A stretch of 63,823 bases of DNA, the filler included, from Octopus bimaculoides (Eukaryota): assembly GCF_001194135.2 (NCBI RefSeq). It is 5 parts of 5 records of this genome, joined end to end, with 100 filler letters (N's around TTAATTAATTAA, not from the genome) between each part and the next. Parts side by side here need not be neighbours in the genome. Positions count along the whole stretch, not along the records: positions 1 to 18,444 come from NC_068982.1; positions 18,545 to 45,099 come from NC_068981.1; 3 more parts are not named here. One strand, given 5' to 3'. How positions within the stretch are numbered: position 1 is the first letter of the stretch; the number at the start of each line of letters is the position of its first letter. Both the position numbers and the translations under genes were made by a program. A model generated the notes under the pieces. It was not told the origin of the DNA, made no database searches, and saw only the letters and a program-made list of their open reading frames with translations. Below, piece after piece: positions 12,866 to 27,301 of the stretch.

Positions 12866-15034
12866 AAAAAAACTCTGCAACAGTTATTTCTGCCACCATC
12901 AAAAGTGAATGAAATTACAAAAACCAAGACTTACCGTTGATTTCCTATACTTTGGAGCGATGCTCTGCTCTGCTCCCATGTGATAACGGAGACCATAGAA
13001 TCCGCAGCTATACGTTTGTGTAATTGAGCACATCACCTATTTGATGCAGTTGAAGGCGCATGGCCTGGTAGCTAGGAGTGTTTGGTTCATGGCCGTAAGG
13101 TCATCGGTTCGATTCCTGAACCAGGCGATGCGTTTTCTTTCAGAAAAGGTACATCACCTTTTCACGTTACCCCAGTTTACTCAGCTGAAAATAAAAACAC
13201 CCCTGATCTCTCTCACACCCTAGCTGTCGCTTACTTCCTTGATTATCTGCTGGGTCAAATGTGAGAGGGCCGAGAGAGGCTCTATGTCGGGCCGCAACAC
13301 TCTATAATGACCCACAACAATTAGTAAAAGCATAGTACCAGTTGTCGGATCATACTTGCTCGCGAGTCTCATGAATTGATCTCATAACTGATTTTCTTCT
13401 AAGTGCTACTGCTGTTTCCAGTAGTGAACTTGCCAACATGTGGTTCCTACAGACAACGAAAATGATAAAGAAGTTGAGATTTTCGTGTTGGCCATAGGTA
13501 CTAAGTGGTGCTGTACAGTGGATATGAACTAACATCTATCACGTCAGCCCTTTGTAGATCGGTCTCTGGACCCTTGGAAATTAATTTATGGAAGATAAAT
13601 TAAAGAAGTATTCTGTTGCCTTAATCAATAACTATGAAATTTATGATTAAAAGATAAATAGAATTTTTGACATTAAATAAATCCGCCCGAGGAAGTAGCA
13701 AGTTTGGTGAAATGAAATTTTAAAAAATTGAAAACAGCAAATCCTTTTGTCGCGATGCAAATTCGGAAAAAATAATTTTAAAGCAGGCTTAATTACAATG
13801 TAATCTAATTAAAAATTATCAATTTTTTAAATTAAGATCAACCTTGTGTTTTTTTAAAGAAGAATGTAAAGACTGATGAATTTTCAGGACTTAAATATTA
13901 AAATCCCAAACGAAATGGCATTTAACGTTTCGCATTGTCCCAAGTGGAATTGTGCCAAGAAAATAAGCGTAAGCAATAATTATCAATATTTGATATATTC
14001 CATTTCAACAAAATCTTACCATTTCCAGCGAATAACGTCTAGTTTTAGAAGATGGTCGATAATGCATAACCGTTTATAGCAACAACGATGTATTTAAGTG
14101 AAAAACTATTAAACTGAGTGATGCATAAAACCCAATATACACATGCGATAACAGAGTTGGATAAACTTGAAGTTTGATAAACTTGAAGTTTGATAAACTC
14201 CAAAATAAGTCTGGTTTAAAATATCAAATAGAAATACTATATTCTTTTATTGGTAGAAATACAGCTTAATATTGAACATAACCTTATATTTCGTTTAGTG
14301 ATGAGAAATATTTAATTAACGATGTATTCATAAATGGTTTTGAACGGAGACTTAAAGCTTCAACAATAACTGAAATTATCTATACACGTTAATGTATTAG
14401 GGGAGGCAAAGAACACGATATTTTTTATAGAGTTTCAATTTATTTAATTTTATTTTGACCAATCTAATGAATTTAATGATTTTATTATAAAATAATCGGG
14501 GGTGAGTTGTCAAATATTAGAAATATTTCGAACTTTGAAGATTTATTTTAAAAGGAATCATCTAGATTCTGTAAAATACCAGAGATTCTTTACTGAGCTT
14601 TGTTTAATTAACGAAAATGTCTGGGCAAATATGGTAAGTTTGCAATTTATATATTGTAGCAAAATGTTCTAAAATAAGTTAAATTGGCTTTTGTCCAAAA
14701 TCAAAATTCAAGCTTTATTTTTTAATTTTGTCTGACATTAAAGAGGCGGGGGAGGGAATAGATTAATTTCAATGCTGAAGAAAATACTCAAAACAACAAA
14801 AAGTTAACGAATCAGAAAAAGAAAACAATACCCAAAACGCTTGGCTTTAATATGCTTTGCTTGCATATATAATTCCAGACGGATATTATTCTAACATACA
14901 CACCCACAAAAAAAAATTTAAAAAGTTTAAATTTATAAATTAACAAGTTAAAACTTCTGAGTCTTTAAATAAAAGGAAAACTGTTTTATAAAGTCTTAAA
15001 AATATCTTTTTTTTTTTTTTTTTTGCAAAATCGT

Positions 15035-16336
<1,302 letters not shown>

Positions 16337-16438
16337 CTAGTTTAATACCTAAAAGCTGTCGGCCTTTGCAGTCAAACTTCCCCAATATACCGTTTGGTTT
16401 CGATTTTGGCCGAAACGTCCCGAACGTCACTGCTGCTT

Positions 16439-16484
16439 CTTATATTTTGTGACCACATGGTATGATTTAAAACATTGTCATTGG
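16439..16484 (-). promoter_or_regulatory. Candidate core promoter (CCAAT box + TATA-like) of the RING-NHL gene
   Basis: On the minus strand: CCAAT at 16480-16484 and TATAAG at 16439-16444, followed by TGACGT, about 120 nt upstream of the ATG. These short motifs are common in AT-rich DNA. Confidence 0.25.
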
Positions 16485-17444
16485 TTATTCAAAATTAACT
16501 ATATTTTTTACATCCAATTTTCTTCATCCAAACTATTTTGTTTCATGTAATATGGCATTCAAGTATAATAACTGGCAAATGAGCGGTTCTTGGTTCAAAT
16601 CGTAGAAGTTCCGTTATTTTATTTAACTTTTATTATTTTAAAAATAAATTACTTTATTTCATTTTTACTATTGAATACCAAATAAAATTATTTTAACTCA
16701 ATTGCTGGCAAAGTTGTAAGACGACGAGCTGGCAGAATCATTAACACGTGCGATACAACNNNNNNNNNNNNNNNNNNNNNNNNNNNNNNNNNNNNNNNNN
16801 NNNNNNNNNNNNNNNNNNNNNNNNNNNNNNNNNNNNNNNNNNNNNNNNNNNNNNNNNNNNNNNNNNNNNNNNNNNNNNNNNNNNNNNNNNNNNNNNNNNN
16901 NNNNNNNNNNNNNNNNNNNNNNNNNNNNNNNNNNNNNNNNNNNNNNNNNNNNNNNNNNNNNNNNNNNNNNNNNNNNNNNNNNNNNNNNNNNNNNNNNNNN
17001 NNNNNNNNNNNNNNNNNNNNNNNNNNNNNNNNNNNNNNNNNNNNNNNNNNNNNNNNNNNNNNNNNNNNNNNNNNNNNNNNNNNNNNNNNNNNNNNNNNNN
17101 NNNNNNNNNNNNNNNNNNNNNNNNNNNNNNNNNNNNNNNNNNNNNNNNNNNNNNNNNNNNNNNNNNNNNNNNNNNNNNNNNNNNNNNNNNNNNNNNNNNN
17201 NNNNNNNNNNNNNNNNNNNNNNNNNNNNNNNNNNNNNNNNNNNNNNNNNNNNNNNNNNNNNNNNNNNNNNNNNNNNNNNNNNNNNNNNNNNNNNNNNNNN
17301 NNNNNNNNNNNNNNNNNNNNNNNNNNNNNNNNNNNNNNNNNNNNNNNNNNNNNNNNNNNNNNNNNNNNNNNNNNNNNNNNNGAAGTTGTGCCGCTACTGA
17401 AAGAAATCATCGTAGGGACTTTTCATGTCTAAGATATTGGTTTA

Positions 17445-17967
17445 AAACTTTGTCACGGAGCTTGCAACTTCAGATGAGAGTTTAAGTCGATTACATCGAC
17501 CCAATGCTCAGCTGGTACTTGTTTCATCGACCCCACAAGGATGAAAGGTAAAGTCGACCTCGGTGGAGTTTGAACTCAGAACGTAAAAACATACGAAATG
17601 CCGCTAAGCATTTTGTCCGGTGTGCTAAAGATTCTGACAGCTCGCCGTCTTACAATGTGTATATATTCCTTTCTACTCTCGGCACAAGGTCCGAAATTTT
17701 TGAGGAGGGGGGTAAGTCGATTAGAGCGACTCGTGTATGCAACTGGTACTTAATTTATCGACCCCGAAAGGTGAAGTCGGCCTCGACGAAATTTAAATGG
17801 AGAACATAAAAACAGACGAAATGCAGCTAAGCATTTCGCCCGGTGAGGTCAACTTTGCCTTTCACCCTTTCGGAGTCGATAAATTAAGTACCAGATGCAT
17901 ACTGGGGTCGATCTAATCGAGTGGCCCCCTCCTCAGAATTTAGAGCCTTGTGCCTAGAGTAGAAAAA
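17445..17967. mobile_element. SINE family B cluster: two minus copies then one plus copy
   Basis: ~17445-17650 (-), ~17672-17845 (-), ~17845-17967 (+). Confidence 0.85.
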
Positions 17968-18444
17968 GATTATAATTCGTGATTAGTAGTTATGATATTA
18001 ATCTTGGAAGATAGAAGATGCGAAGTGGATTCAGACGCGATTTGAACTCCTACGAGCAATATTACTGCGTATACAAACATTTTATATATAATATTGTAAA
18101 GTTTTGTTTAATTGACTAAGAAGACAAAAAAAAAAAAAAAGAACACAGTGTTATTATTAGCTGCAGGCGTGGTCGTTCGTCTTGCTAGAAATAGCAGCCA
18201 TGTCGTCCTCGAATTATACTTTGATATCTTAACCGTTTAGCATTCACATTACTCTGTCAAACGTGATGCTTATTTATTCACATTGTTTCGAATTAATCAT
18301 TCTTTATCTCATAGTCTTGAGATTTCAATTGAGTGGTTGTTTATTTTTAGCGTAACGTTGGCGCAGGCGTGGCTGAGTGGTAAGAATTTTGCTTTCCAGC
18401 CATGTGGTTCCGGGTTCAGTCCCACTGCGTGGCATCTTGAGCCC

Positions 18445-18544
18445 NNNNNNNNNNNNNNNNNNNNNNNNNNNNNNNNNNNNNNNNNNNNTTAATTAATTAA
18501 NNNNNNNNNNNNNNNNNNNNNNNNNNNNNNNNNNNNNNNNNNNN
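18445..18544. other. Artificial 100-bp contig spacer N44-TTAATTAATTAA-N44 (also 45100-45199, 53678-53777, 62094-62193)
   Basis: Identical geometry four times; the 12-mer carries stop codons in all six frames. Confidence 0.95.
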
Positions 18545-18587
<43 letters not shown>

Positions 18588-19219
18588 ACTTTGCAAGAGA
18601 TAATTGATTCGGTTACACTACAATAAACAACTTTCCAAATACGTATTAAATCAGAAAAGGTCTGACTGAAACTTTAAACAGCGAAAGAGCTTACACACAA
18701 TCCACACCATCTTGTGCAAAAATGTGAAACAAGCATACATACATATGAGTGTACGTGTGCATTTCTGCAATTTTATGCATACTTTTGTGTAATTGTGCAT
18801 ATGTGTGCGTATGTGTGTGTATGTGAGTGTATGTGTGTGTGTGCGTGTGTTCCTTTGCTGTGCCATACATATGAACCAGTTAAATACTTAGACTTATGTA
18901 TAGACGTCTGTATTTTTAAAGTTTGCTAATCTCTCAAACCACCGTTCAATAAACTGAAATCATTAACATGCAATTGAAGTCTATATAAACCATTCTACAA
19001 TAGGAACGAAGAGTAGAATTTTGTACACGTGTGGTGGGAATTCGATTGCCTGGATCCTAGTGCTCAAATGTTCCCATTTTTTCGAGTTCATGTATGGCAA
19101 AGTCCACCTCGGCATAATTTGAGCTCAGAACACGAAGACGGACGAAATGCCAATAAGCAACCTGTGCGGCGTGCTAACGGTTGTGGCAGCTTTCCGCCTT
19201 TCAAGACTCTCTCTCTCTC

Positions 19220-19798
19220 TTTACTTGCTTCAGTCATTTGACTGCGGCCATGCTGGAGCACCACCTTTTAGTCGAGCAAATCGACCCCAGGACTTATTCT
19301 TTGTAAGCCTAGTACTTATTCTATCGGTCTCTTTTTTCCGAACAGCTAAGTTACGGGGACGCAAACACACCAGCATCGGTTGTCAAGCGATGGTGGGGGG
19401 ACGAACACAGACACACAAACACACATACATACATATATATACATATATACGACGGGCTTCTTTTAGTTTCCGTCTACCAAATCCACTCACAAGGCTTTGG
19501 TCGGCCCGNNNNNNNNNNTTTTTTCCGAACAGCTAAGTTACGGGGACGCAAACACACCAGCATCGGTTGTCAAGCGATGGTGGGGGGACGAACACAGACA
19601 CACAAACACACATACATACATATATATACATATATACGACGGGCTTCTTTTAGTTTCCGTCTACCAAATCCACTCACAAGGCTTTGGTCGGCCCGAGGCT
19701 ATAGTAGAAGACACTTGCCCAAGATGCCACGCAGTGGGACTGAACCCGGAACCATGTGGTTGGTAAGCAAGCTACTTACCACACAACCACTCCTGCAC
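19220..19798 (-). mobile_element. SINE family A (middle duplicated across a 10-N gap)
   Basis: Family A sequence; ~19333-19508 is repeated essentially identically at ~19518-19693. Confidence 0.88.
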
Positions 19799-19900
19799 CT
19801 ATATATTAAATAAGAATATAAGTATGTATATATCCATATCAATATTTATAATGGTACGTAAGGGTTAAATTCTAGAAGTGCACATATTCTCTGACCCATA

Positions 19901-19959
<59 letters not shown>

Positions 19960-21039
19960 AAGTATACAGTTGTCTGAGAAGATTAATTAACAGCAAAAGC
20001 TACGCCAGTTTTTCGCCGATATTGCTACTTGCACTGAATGTCATTATATTTAAGAATAGACGACGACGTTGTAACAAATTCTGTCCTTATTTATGATCAT
20101 TCATCAACGAACGTATTGTTTATTTATGTTTTCTTCGGACACTACTTTATTTTTATTTCTCCATCATTAAACTCAATGCTTGCTTTGCTTTAGCCATTTG
20201 TTGGCAGACAAATGACTGGATGTCGAATATATCTTTCAAAACATCATCTGCTTAGTCTATCTTCGCTTTCGTTTTCTTTTTTTCCCACCTTTCCTCTTTT
20301 CATTGATTTCTTCCTGTTATATTTATTTTTATTTTCCTTCATTCTCTCCGGTGACCACTCCTTTTCTTCTTCCAAACATCGATACAATGGTGTCTTGTAG
20401 CAAATCATACTGTAATGCCAATCACTACAGTAGATGGAGTAGGGAGAGAACGGAATGATAAGTGGTTGGTGGTTTTTCAGAAATCCTTCGCGAAAAGCCG
20501 GTAATATAGAGATTTGGCCAATAGCAATAATTCATTTTCATTTGGGATTAGAATAAGAAAAACCCAGCTGCCGTTGTTGTTTAGATAGAATAGGAATATT
20601 ATATAGGGTATCAATTGCTTATCTTATATGATAAGATATCAATTTATTTGCCGTATATAAGAAAATAACAAAGTGTCAATATCGACAGGTAGGTGCCGTG
20701 ACGCTTGCGGTTGATTATTTGGTGAAAGGTTCGATTTCCAACAATGCTGACTTATTGGCTTGCTATTCCTTATTTCCCTCAGTGTAGCCCTGTTCCAACT
20801 GACCAATGGTAAGAAGAGATTTGATCAAACTATCTGAACTATTAGAAACGACCGAAGCATCTGTATAGCTACAGATATGTTATGGTACGACCTTGCCGAG
20901 GATATCACTCGGAAATGTAATAAACAGTAGTTAGTAGTATTTAACTTACTGTCAAACGCGAGAAAGTTATCGCTACTTTAGTTTTCAATGACTAAATAAA
21001 CAGTAATTATGCAATAATATTACGATATTTATTATCCAA

Positions 21040-22110
21040 TGAAAGTCATTATTTGTTTTATGTATTAACATTTGAAAAGCATGGAATGATAATGCGACAC
21101 AGTTCTTTTCACTCAAATCTGGAGATTTCATGGTTTGGATTCACTGTTTCATATGCTGACAACAGAGTAACATCACGGCTATCAAACCATTTTACCGAAC
21201 GTCACTCCATACCATCAAAGTTGGTCGTCCATACTTCTGTAGACACTTCGGCCCTTTTTCTGTAATGTTGCATCCGATGACAACTTACAATCAAGTAAAC
21301 TATTACCGCGCACTGTATCAACACATGCCATATCTTGTTTATTTAAGATCCTTAAGTGATCAACGCCTATATATCGATTGTCAAAATACAGTTTGTGTCA
21401 TTTGCTCATCGTATATTTTGTGGCAAGATCATCACAATATTTCCAGAGGCCTTTATGTCTGGTTGATTTGGGCATGTTCCACATTCACAAGTGAGGAATT
21501 AAAAATTGTGGATAAGTCCATCTGTTTCTGAAAACACATACAACTTATAAACCCACTTCTTTGTCTTCTCATGATTATATTGCTTGATTCAAGATTTACC
21601 TTTGAAAGGAATCATTTGCTTCTCAATGCATACTCTTTCACATGGGTTAATTTCTGCAAGCTGCTCTTTTAATGAGTCGGCAATCAGATTAACTTTGTAC
21701 AATCTATCTGTACAATTTGAGGATAAGTCAGATTATCATTGTATGTTAAATGTTTTCAAATTTTTCGAAACGGTTAACAGTCATGACACTGGCAATTGGA
21801 GTTATATTAAAACTCTTTGCGCCAGTACGTTCTTGTACTTGTCATCATCACGAGAATTATTTTGTAAATAATTCCACAATATTGTTCCAGCTCATGTCAA
21901 ATTGCGTGGAGTATAAGGTTGCATTGAATAGCGTATTTGTTTGTTTTTTCAACTCCCCTGTATCACTCTCAATGTTTTGCTATGTAATGCACTCATCATT
22001 ATCATCATTACTATCAGATGACAATTCACTTTCCTCCGAAACATCAAGTGGTGGAATGTCAAGTAGCTATTGTACAATGAGAGGAGGTGGTTTCTTTTTG
22101 CCATAGAAAC
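21040..22110 (-). mobile_element. Fossil piggyBac (DDE_Tnp_1_7, PGBD2/3-like) transposase
   Basis: VCIEKQMIPFKGKS*IKQYNHEKTKKWVYKLYV, KASGNIV, HKLYFDNRY, DTVR and VKWFDSRDVTLLS occur in the correct order; multiple stops. Confidence 0.85.
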
Positions 22111-22658
22111 TGCTGCAGTTCAACCGAAAGGTGGTAAAGGATATGAAAGTCTTTATGAAGTTGCTCAGAGATGCCTGAAGTTATCAATTCTCAACGTGTA
22201 CATTCAGTCACTTTCAGCATGTAATTTTGCTACAGTTTATAGTTTTGCTTTAAAGCAACAAACAAAACAGAAAGACAACATTTTGCATGCTTTTCTATCA
22301 AGATCCACGAACAATTTTATTTAATAAGTAACTTTAAACTGTATTCCTTCGATATATCCATACGCGCAGTTGTTTTCAAAAATAAAGTATAGAAAATAGG
22401 TTTTGCCGTAAAGCCTTGTTTAGACTCACGATCCTCCGTTCAAAAGCAAAATGGCTGTGTTTCTTTAAATTAACACCATGAATTAAGCATGTTTTTTGTT
22501 GTTAATTTAAATACATAGTATGCAGTAATGTTGATTCCCCTATGTTACAAGAATTCGACTTGGTTTACGGTCTCAGGATGCTGTGATAGCTCAATGGGGG
22601 CAATTCCTATTTTCCAGTACAGTTGCTCTTTGTAAGCGACTGTTTCTGGTAATGGTTA

Positions 22659-22978
22659 AGGCGCGTGGCTTAATGACTAGGGTATTCGGTTCACGATCTT
22701 AAGGTCGTGAGATCGATACCCGGCAGTACGTTGTGTCCTTGAGTAAGACGCTTTATTTCATATTGCTTCAGCCCACTCAGCTGGCAAAAATGAAATCTAC
22801 AACTAATTCAAAGGGTCAGCTTTGTCACACTTTATATCACGCTGAGTCTTCCTGAGAACTATGTGAAGCGTACACGTGTCTGTGGAGTGTTCAGCCACTT
22901 GCACGTTAATTGCATGAGCAAGCTCTCCCACTGATCGAATCAACTGAAACCTCCACCATCGTAACCGACGAAGTGCCA
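22659..22978 (+). mobile_element. tRNA-derived SINE family C, full length
   Basis: Head ggcgcgtggcttaatg..gagatcgatacc. Body ccactcagctggcaaaaatga..ccacttgcacgttaat is shared with the truncated copy at 2519-2745; a related head occurs at 13054-13200. Confidence 0.8.
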
Positions 22979-23514
22979 GTTGTTATTAGGGAAGCTGCTC
23001 TTTACAAGAAGTCCTGCCAAAATGTACGACGGAAAGAGATGCTGCATGGTTAACTCATCGAGATGTAGCTCTGTATGCCAGGATGGACACTGGCAGCTGC
23101 TTATAAATATAGTTTTTAAGCGTAGCATGGCTAAATACACGACGAGGAAGCGACTACTCAGTTAACGTTCCGAAAGCTCGCTTCTTTTTTTGGCTAGATG
23201 GTTTATCTGTGGCTATTGCAACCCAGCTCACTTCATTACAGGGATCAACGCTGTGTTAACAACAACTTGTAAAAAATTGTGGTTCACTATTTTAGTAGCC
23301 ACTTCTCTACAGAGTCTCATTATGCTGAAAGGTGTACCTGTACAAATATCTCAAGGCTAATTTTTCCTTTGTAATAAAACTTCCTATGATTTGATGTTAT
23401 CTCACTGTTAGGTAATACTCCTTTGGATGATGGACAGTTTCATTATTGAAAGACGTGTAAGAATGTTATAAATAAATGTCAGAACTCATATCCACTCTCT
23501 TTATTGTGTGTGTG

Positions 23515-23551
<37 letters not shown>

Positions 23552-23715
23552 GCACACACACACATATACATACACCTATATATATGTGTGTGTGTGTACG
23601 TGTGCGTGTTTTCCTTATTTCAACTGAGAGTACCTAGAATATAAATATGTGTGCACATGTGTGTATATATGTGTGTATCTAAAGATATACATATACATAT
23701 ACATATTCATACACA

Positions 23716-23805
<90 letters not shown>

Positions 23806-25384
23806 GATGTACACATATCTAATTATTTATACATAAATATGCTTTTCTATACACATATATAACATATGTATGTGTGTGTGTGTGTGTGTGTGCGTGTGCG
23901 TGCGTAGGTGTGCGCGCGTGCGTGTATGTGTATCTGCGCGTAAGTTTCCAGGACGAACCATAGTCAATATTAAACTTCAAAGGTAATAATTGGCGCCATA
24001 CATTTCTAATTAAACTCCCATATTTTAAGCAAATGTATTTGCAAATGTTTCTTGTGACTTTGATTTCTTTCATAATATGCTCATTTTCTCCCCATTTCAC
24101 GTAAAATTAAAGGCAACTATCAATAATAGGATTTAATAATGTTTAAACAAATATGATGTAAAGGGTTTTTTTTATAGATAGTAATCTGACATTTTTGAAA
24201 TTAGCATTAGATTTCTTATGATGTGTTTGCATGTTGATGTGTGTTTGTGTGCGTATGTGTGTTTGTGTGAATATGTGTGTTTGTGTGTGTGGAATTATTT
24301 ATTTCTATGTGTGTGAGAGTGTTTAATGCTTTGTCTCTATTTTCCATGCGTGTGTGTCTGTACGTAAATGTGTGAATATACATGGAATCTGATGATTCCA
24401 TATATTTCTGTACTCATTCGTACTTCTGTGTAGAGGAAACAGATTCACACACGTAAGCACATGTATAACACGTGACAACTGGTATCATTTGAGTCATCTA
24501 TTCAATCATAGAAATCAATATATGCTTTATAAGAGTGCATGCGTACAAACAATATACAATAATATCCACTTTGTACTACCCTTGTAGTATTTTTCCTTGT
24601 ACATCGTAACATATTTTATTGGAGACAATATTTTCAGAGTGTCTGCACTAAACTACTACTGTAACTAACCGAATCCGTAAAATGTCATATGTTTAATAAA
24701 TTTTCCGACCTTTAATTTTTTCCATATAGTTTTATATGTTCATAAATTTCTTTCGTGGTTTAAGATTTAAATAATGATGAAAACTGATGTTTTTAGACAA
24801 AAGAAAGAAAAAACAAAGAAAAAAAAAGAGCAACCTGTTCATTTTCGAATATGATAGGATTATCAAATAATCTTAGGTGCATTTCTTAACATTTTTCAAA
24901 TGAAACAATAGTTCTTGAGCATCCGATTCCTTTCTTGAAATTGTTTACAGGATTCGGACGTTGTTCTTTGTTCATATTTCGATGTAATTCTTTCCCTCCA
25001 ATCTATCGCATATTATTGGTTTCGTTGTGCATCACTTGTACTTTGTGTTCGTATTTATATTGTTATGGCTTTTGTTTTTCTACATCCTGTGATGCAACTG
25101 GAGACACTATAACTGCTGCTTCCTAGGTTCATTAAATGTGTCGAGTCTTTAAACAACAGACACCTTCACCCAGGCGACCCAGCTGAAGGTGAACATGATC
25201 CAGCCGAGGGGGTGAACACGACCCAGCTTGTGTCCAGTTAGCACTGCTCCTTCCAGGGCTCGTCTTCTTGATGGTAAGCCGTTTCCAGGCAACTCCTGCT
25301 ACCTCCACAGCCAATGTGATGGTCATCTTCTCACTGGCCCCCGCGATGCTATACTGTAAACTCTGAAGAGAGGAAGTAAATTTC

Positions 25385-25612
25385 CTTCCTGAGTCATATA
25401 GACTAATAGGGCCGGTTTCTCGGTTACCATAGCGTATATATTCCCCACCTGGATGGGTCGCAGGGTCACTCATTTGTGTAATCTGAATAGACTGGAGCTA
25501 CGTAAAATGAAATGTTTTGCTCAAAAACACAACGCGTCGCTCAATCCAGAAACGGAAGCCACAATCTTATGATCAAGAGTTCTACTCCCTAACCAGTAAG
25601 CCACGCGCTTCG
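25385..25612 (-). mobile_element. SINE with family C-like head and a different body
   Basis: Minus strand: gaagcgcgtggcttactggttaggg..gcgttgtgtttttgagcaaaac, then ccctgcgacccatccagg..gaaaccggcc. Confidence 0.65.
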
Positions 25613-25883
25613 ACAAACTTCAAAGAGAAACTGGCCACTCATTCCTAGCTCGGTATATTTCTTTCTTCTTACTCTTGTTATTCTCAATGATGTGGTTCTC
25701 CCAGGTAACGGCAAGTTGCGTATCTATAATAAAACGTAGGCCGCATACATATATAGTTGTGTGCGTATTTGAATTTTTGTTACTATGCCTCAAATACATC
25801 GGGAACACGCGGTTGTATATAAAATTTGCAAAGTAAAGGGAATCAAACGAATAAGATACACATTAACGATACACTGAGTATGT

Positions 25884-25959
<76 letters not shown>

Positions 25960-26427
25960 TGACTGAAAGTACAAGGTAGCACCTACACTGCTAGAAATAG
26001 GAGTTAAAAGCCCATGGAGCCGTAGAGACATGTGTAGACTTATTCTTCTTTACAACTCTAAGGGTTTTAACTCTTATTTCTAACAACGTAGGTGTTACCC
26101 TGCATTCTAAGTCAGAAATAGTAGCAATTGGTTTTATATTGCAATTGGTTTTATATTGCGTATAGCCACCTTCGTTCATTTATATATGTATGTGCATGTT
26201 TATGTGTGTGTGTGCATATATATATATATGTATATATATACATATATATATATGCGTGTGTGTGTGTGTGTGGGGGGGTGTTTGTGCGTGTGTGTGCGTG
26301 TGTGTGCGTGTGTGTTTATAAATAATCTCCCAATCAACGAAGAAAAACACAAGAAAATAAAAACAACAACGCGGGAATTTGGTACATGCAAAGTATTAGC
26401 AGACGCTCGGGGAAGGAAAGAAAGGTA

Positions 26428-26462
26428 GTTTTACGTTTCGAGCAAAGCTCTTCTTCCGAAAC
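26428..26462 (-). ncRNA. Degenerate minimal hammerhead motif in a Penelope-type terminal repeat
   Basis: Minus strand reads GTTT-CGGAAGA-A-GAGC-ttt-GCTC-GAAAC-GTA-AAAC; core U4 is replaced by G. Confidence 0.6.
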
Positions 26463-26631
26463 AGAAGACAGAGGGAAAAAATCGCCAACGATACACATGT
26501 GATCAGATNNNNNNNNNNNNNNNNNNNNNNNNNNNNNNNNNNNNNNNNNNNNNNNNNNNNNNNTATACACACATGTGATCACATTTTGAAAAATGATATA
26601 TATATATATAGTTATAAAGATATAATTATAA

Positions 26632-27221
26632 TAAAGGGTGCTGAGAAAAAACAGCAACATGCTAGAGGTAGACTCTAAATGGTGCTAAAACCATATCTTG
26701 CACTTCGATAACACAAGCTGAAAGCTAGAAAAGGAATAGAGATTTTTTTAAAATAGGGTTAATTATAGATCGATTTCTAGCTTAGAGATGCAAAATCCCT
26801 CAGCCGTCTTCATTATAATATACTCCATAGTACAGAAATGGATATATCTATACATAACTATATAAATAATACATATGCATACTTAGATATACATATATTC
26901 ACGCGTATGTACAAGTCAAATCTAATGTATTCACTTCAACCACTTGCATTTACGACCAAAATAATAACACTGTGAATATAAATTGATCGGAGTAAATAAT
27001 ATATATTTATACATAATTAAGTATAAAATCATTATAAAGATTTTATCAAGTGACCTGCGTGTAATAAAAAACCATACAGGTAACAATTAATACTAATATA
27101 TGATTATAAAGATATAATTATAATCTCATTTACAACCTGTGCTAACGGAGTGCAAGATGTTGTTTTAGCACCACTTAGCCTCTATCTCTAGTATGTTGGT
27201 GTTGCTTATCAGTACCTTTTA
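26632..27221. mobile_element. Non-autonomous TIR element (MITE) with ~90-bp imperfect TIRs
   Basis: taaagggtgctgagaaaaaacagcaacatgctagagg.. is the reverse complement (with mismatches) of ..ctctagtatgttggtgttgcttatcagtacctttta; AT-rich interior. Confidence 0.7.
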
Positions 27222-27245
27222 TTATAATTTTAATGGTTTTATCCT

Positions 27246-27301
<56 letters not shown>

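Noticed and set aside
19333-19693. Apparent tandem duplication inside a SINE
   Set aside because: Near-identical sequence on both sides of a 10-N gap indicates an unmerged contig overlap.
22980-23165. Cys-rich 61-aa ORF
   Set aside because: Non-ATG start, no signal peptide or known Cys framework, and it abuts a SINE end.
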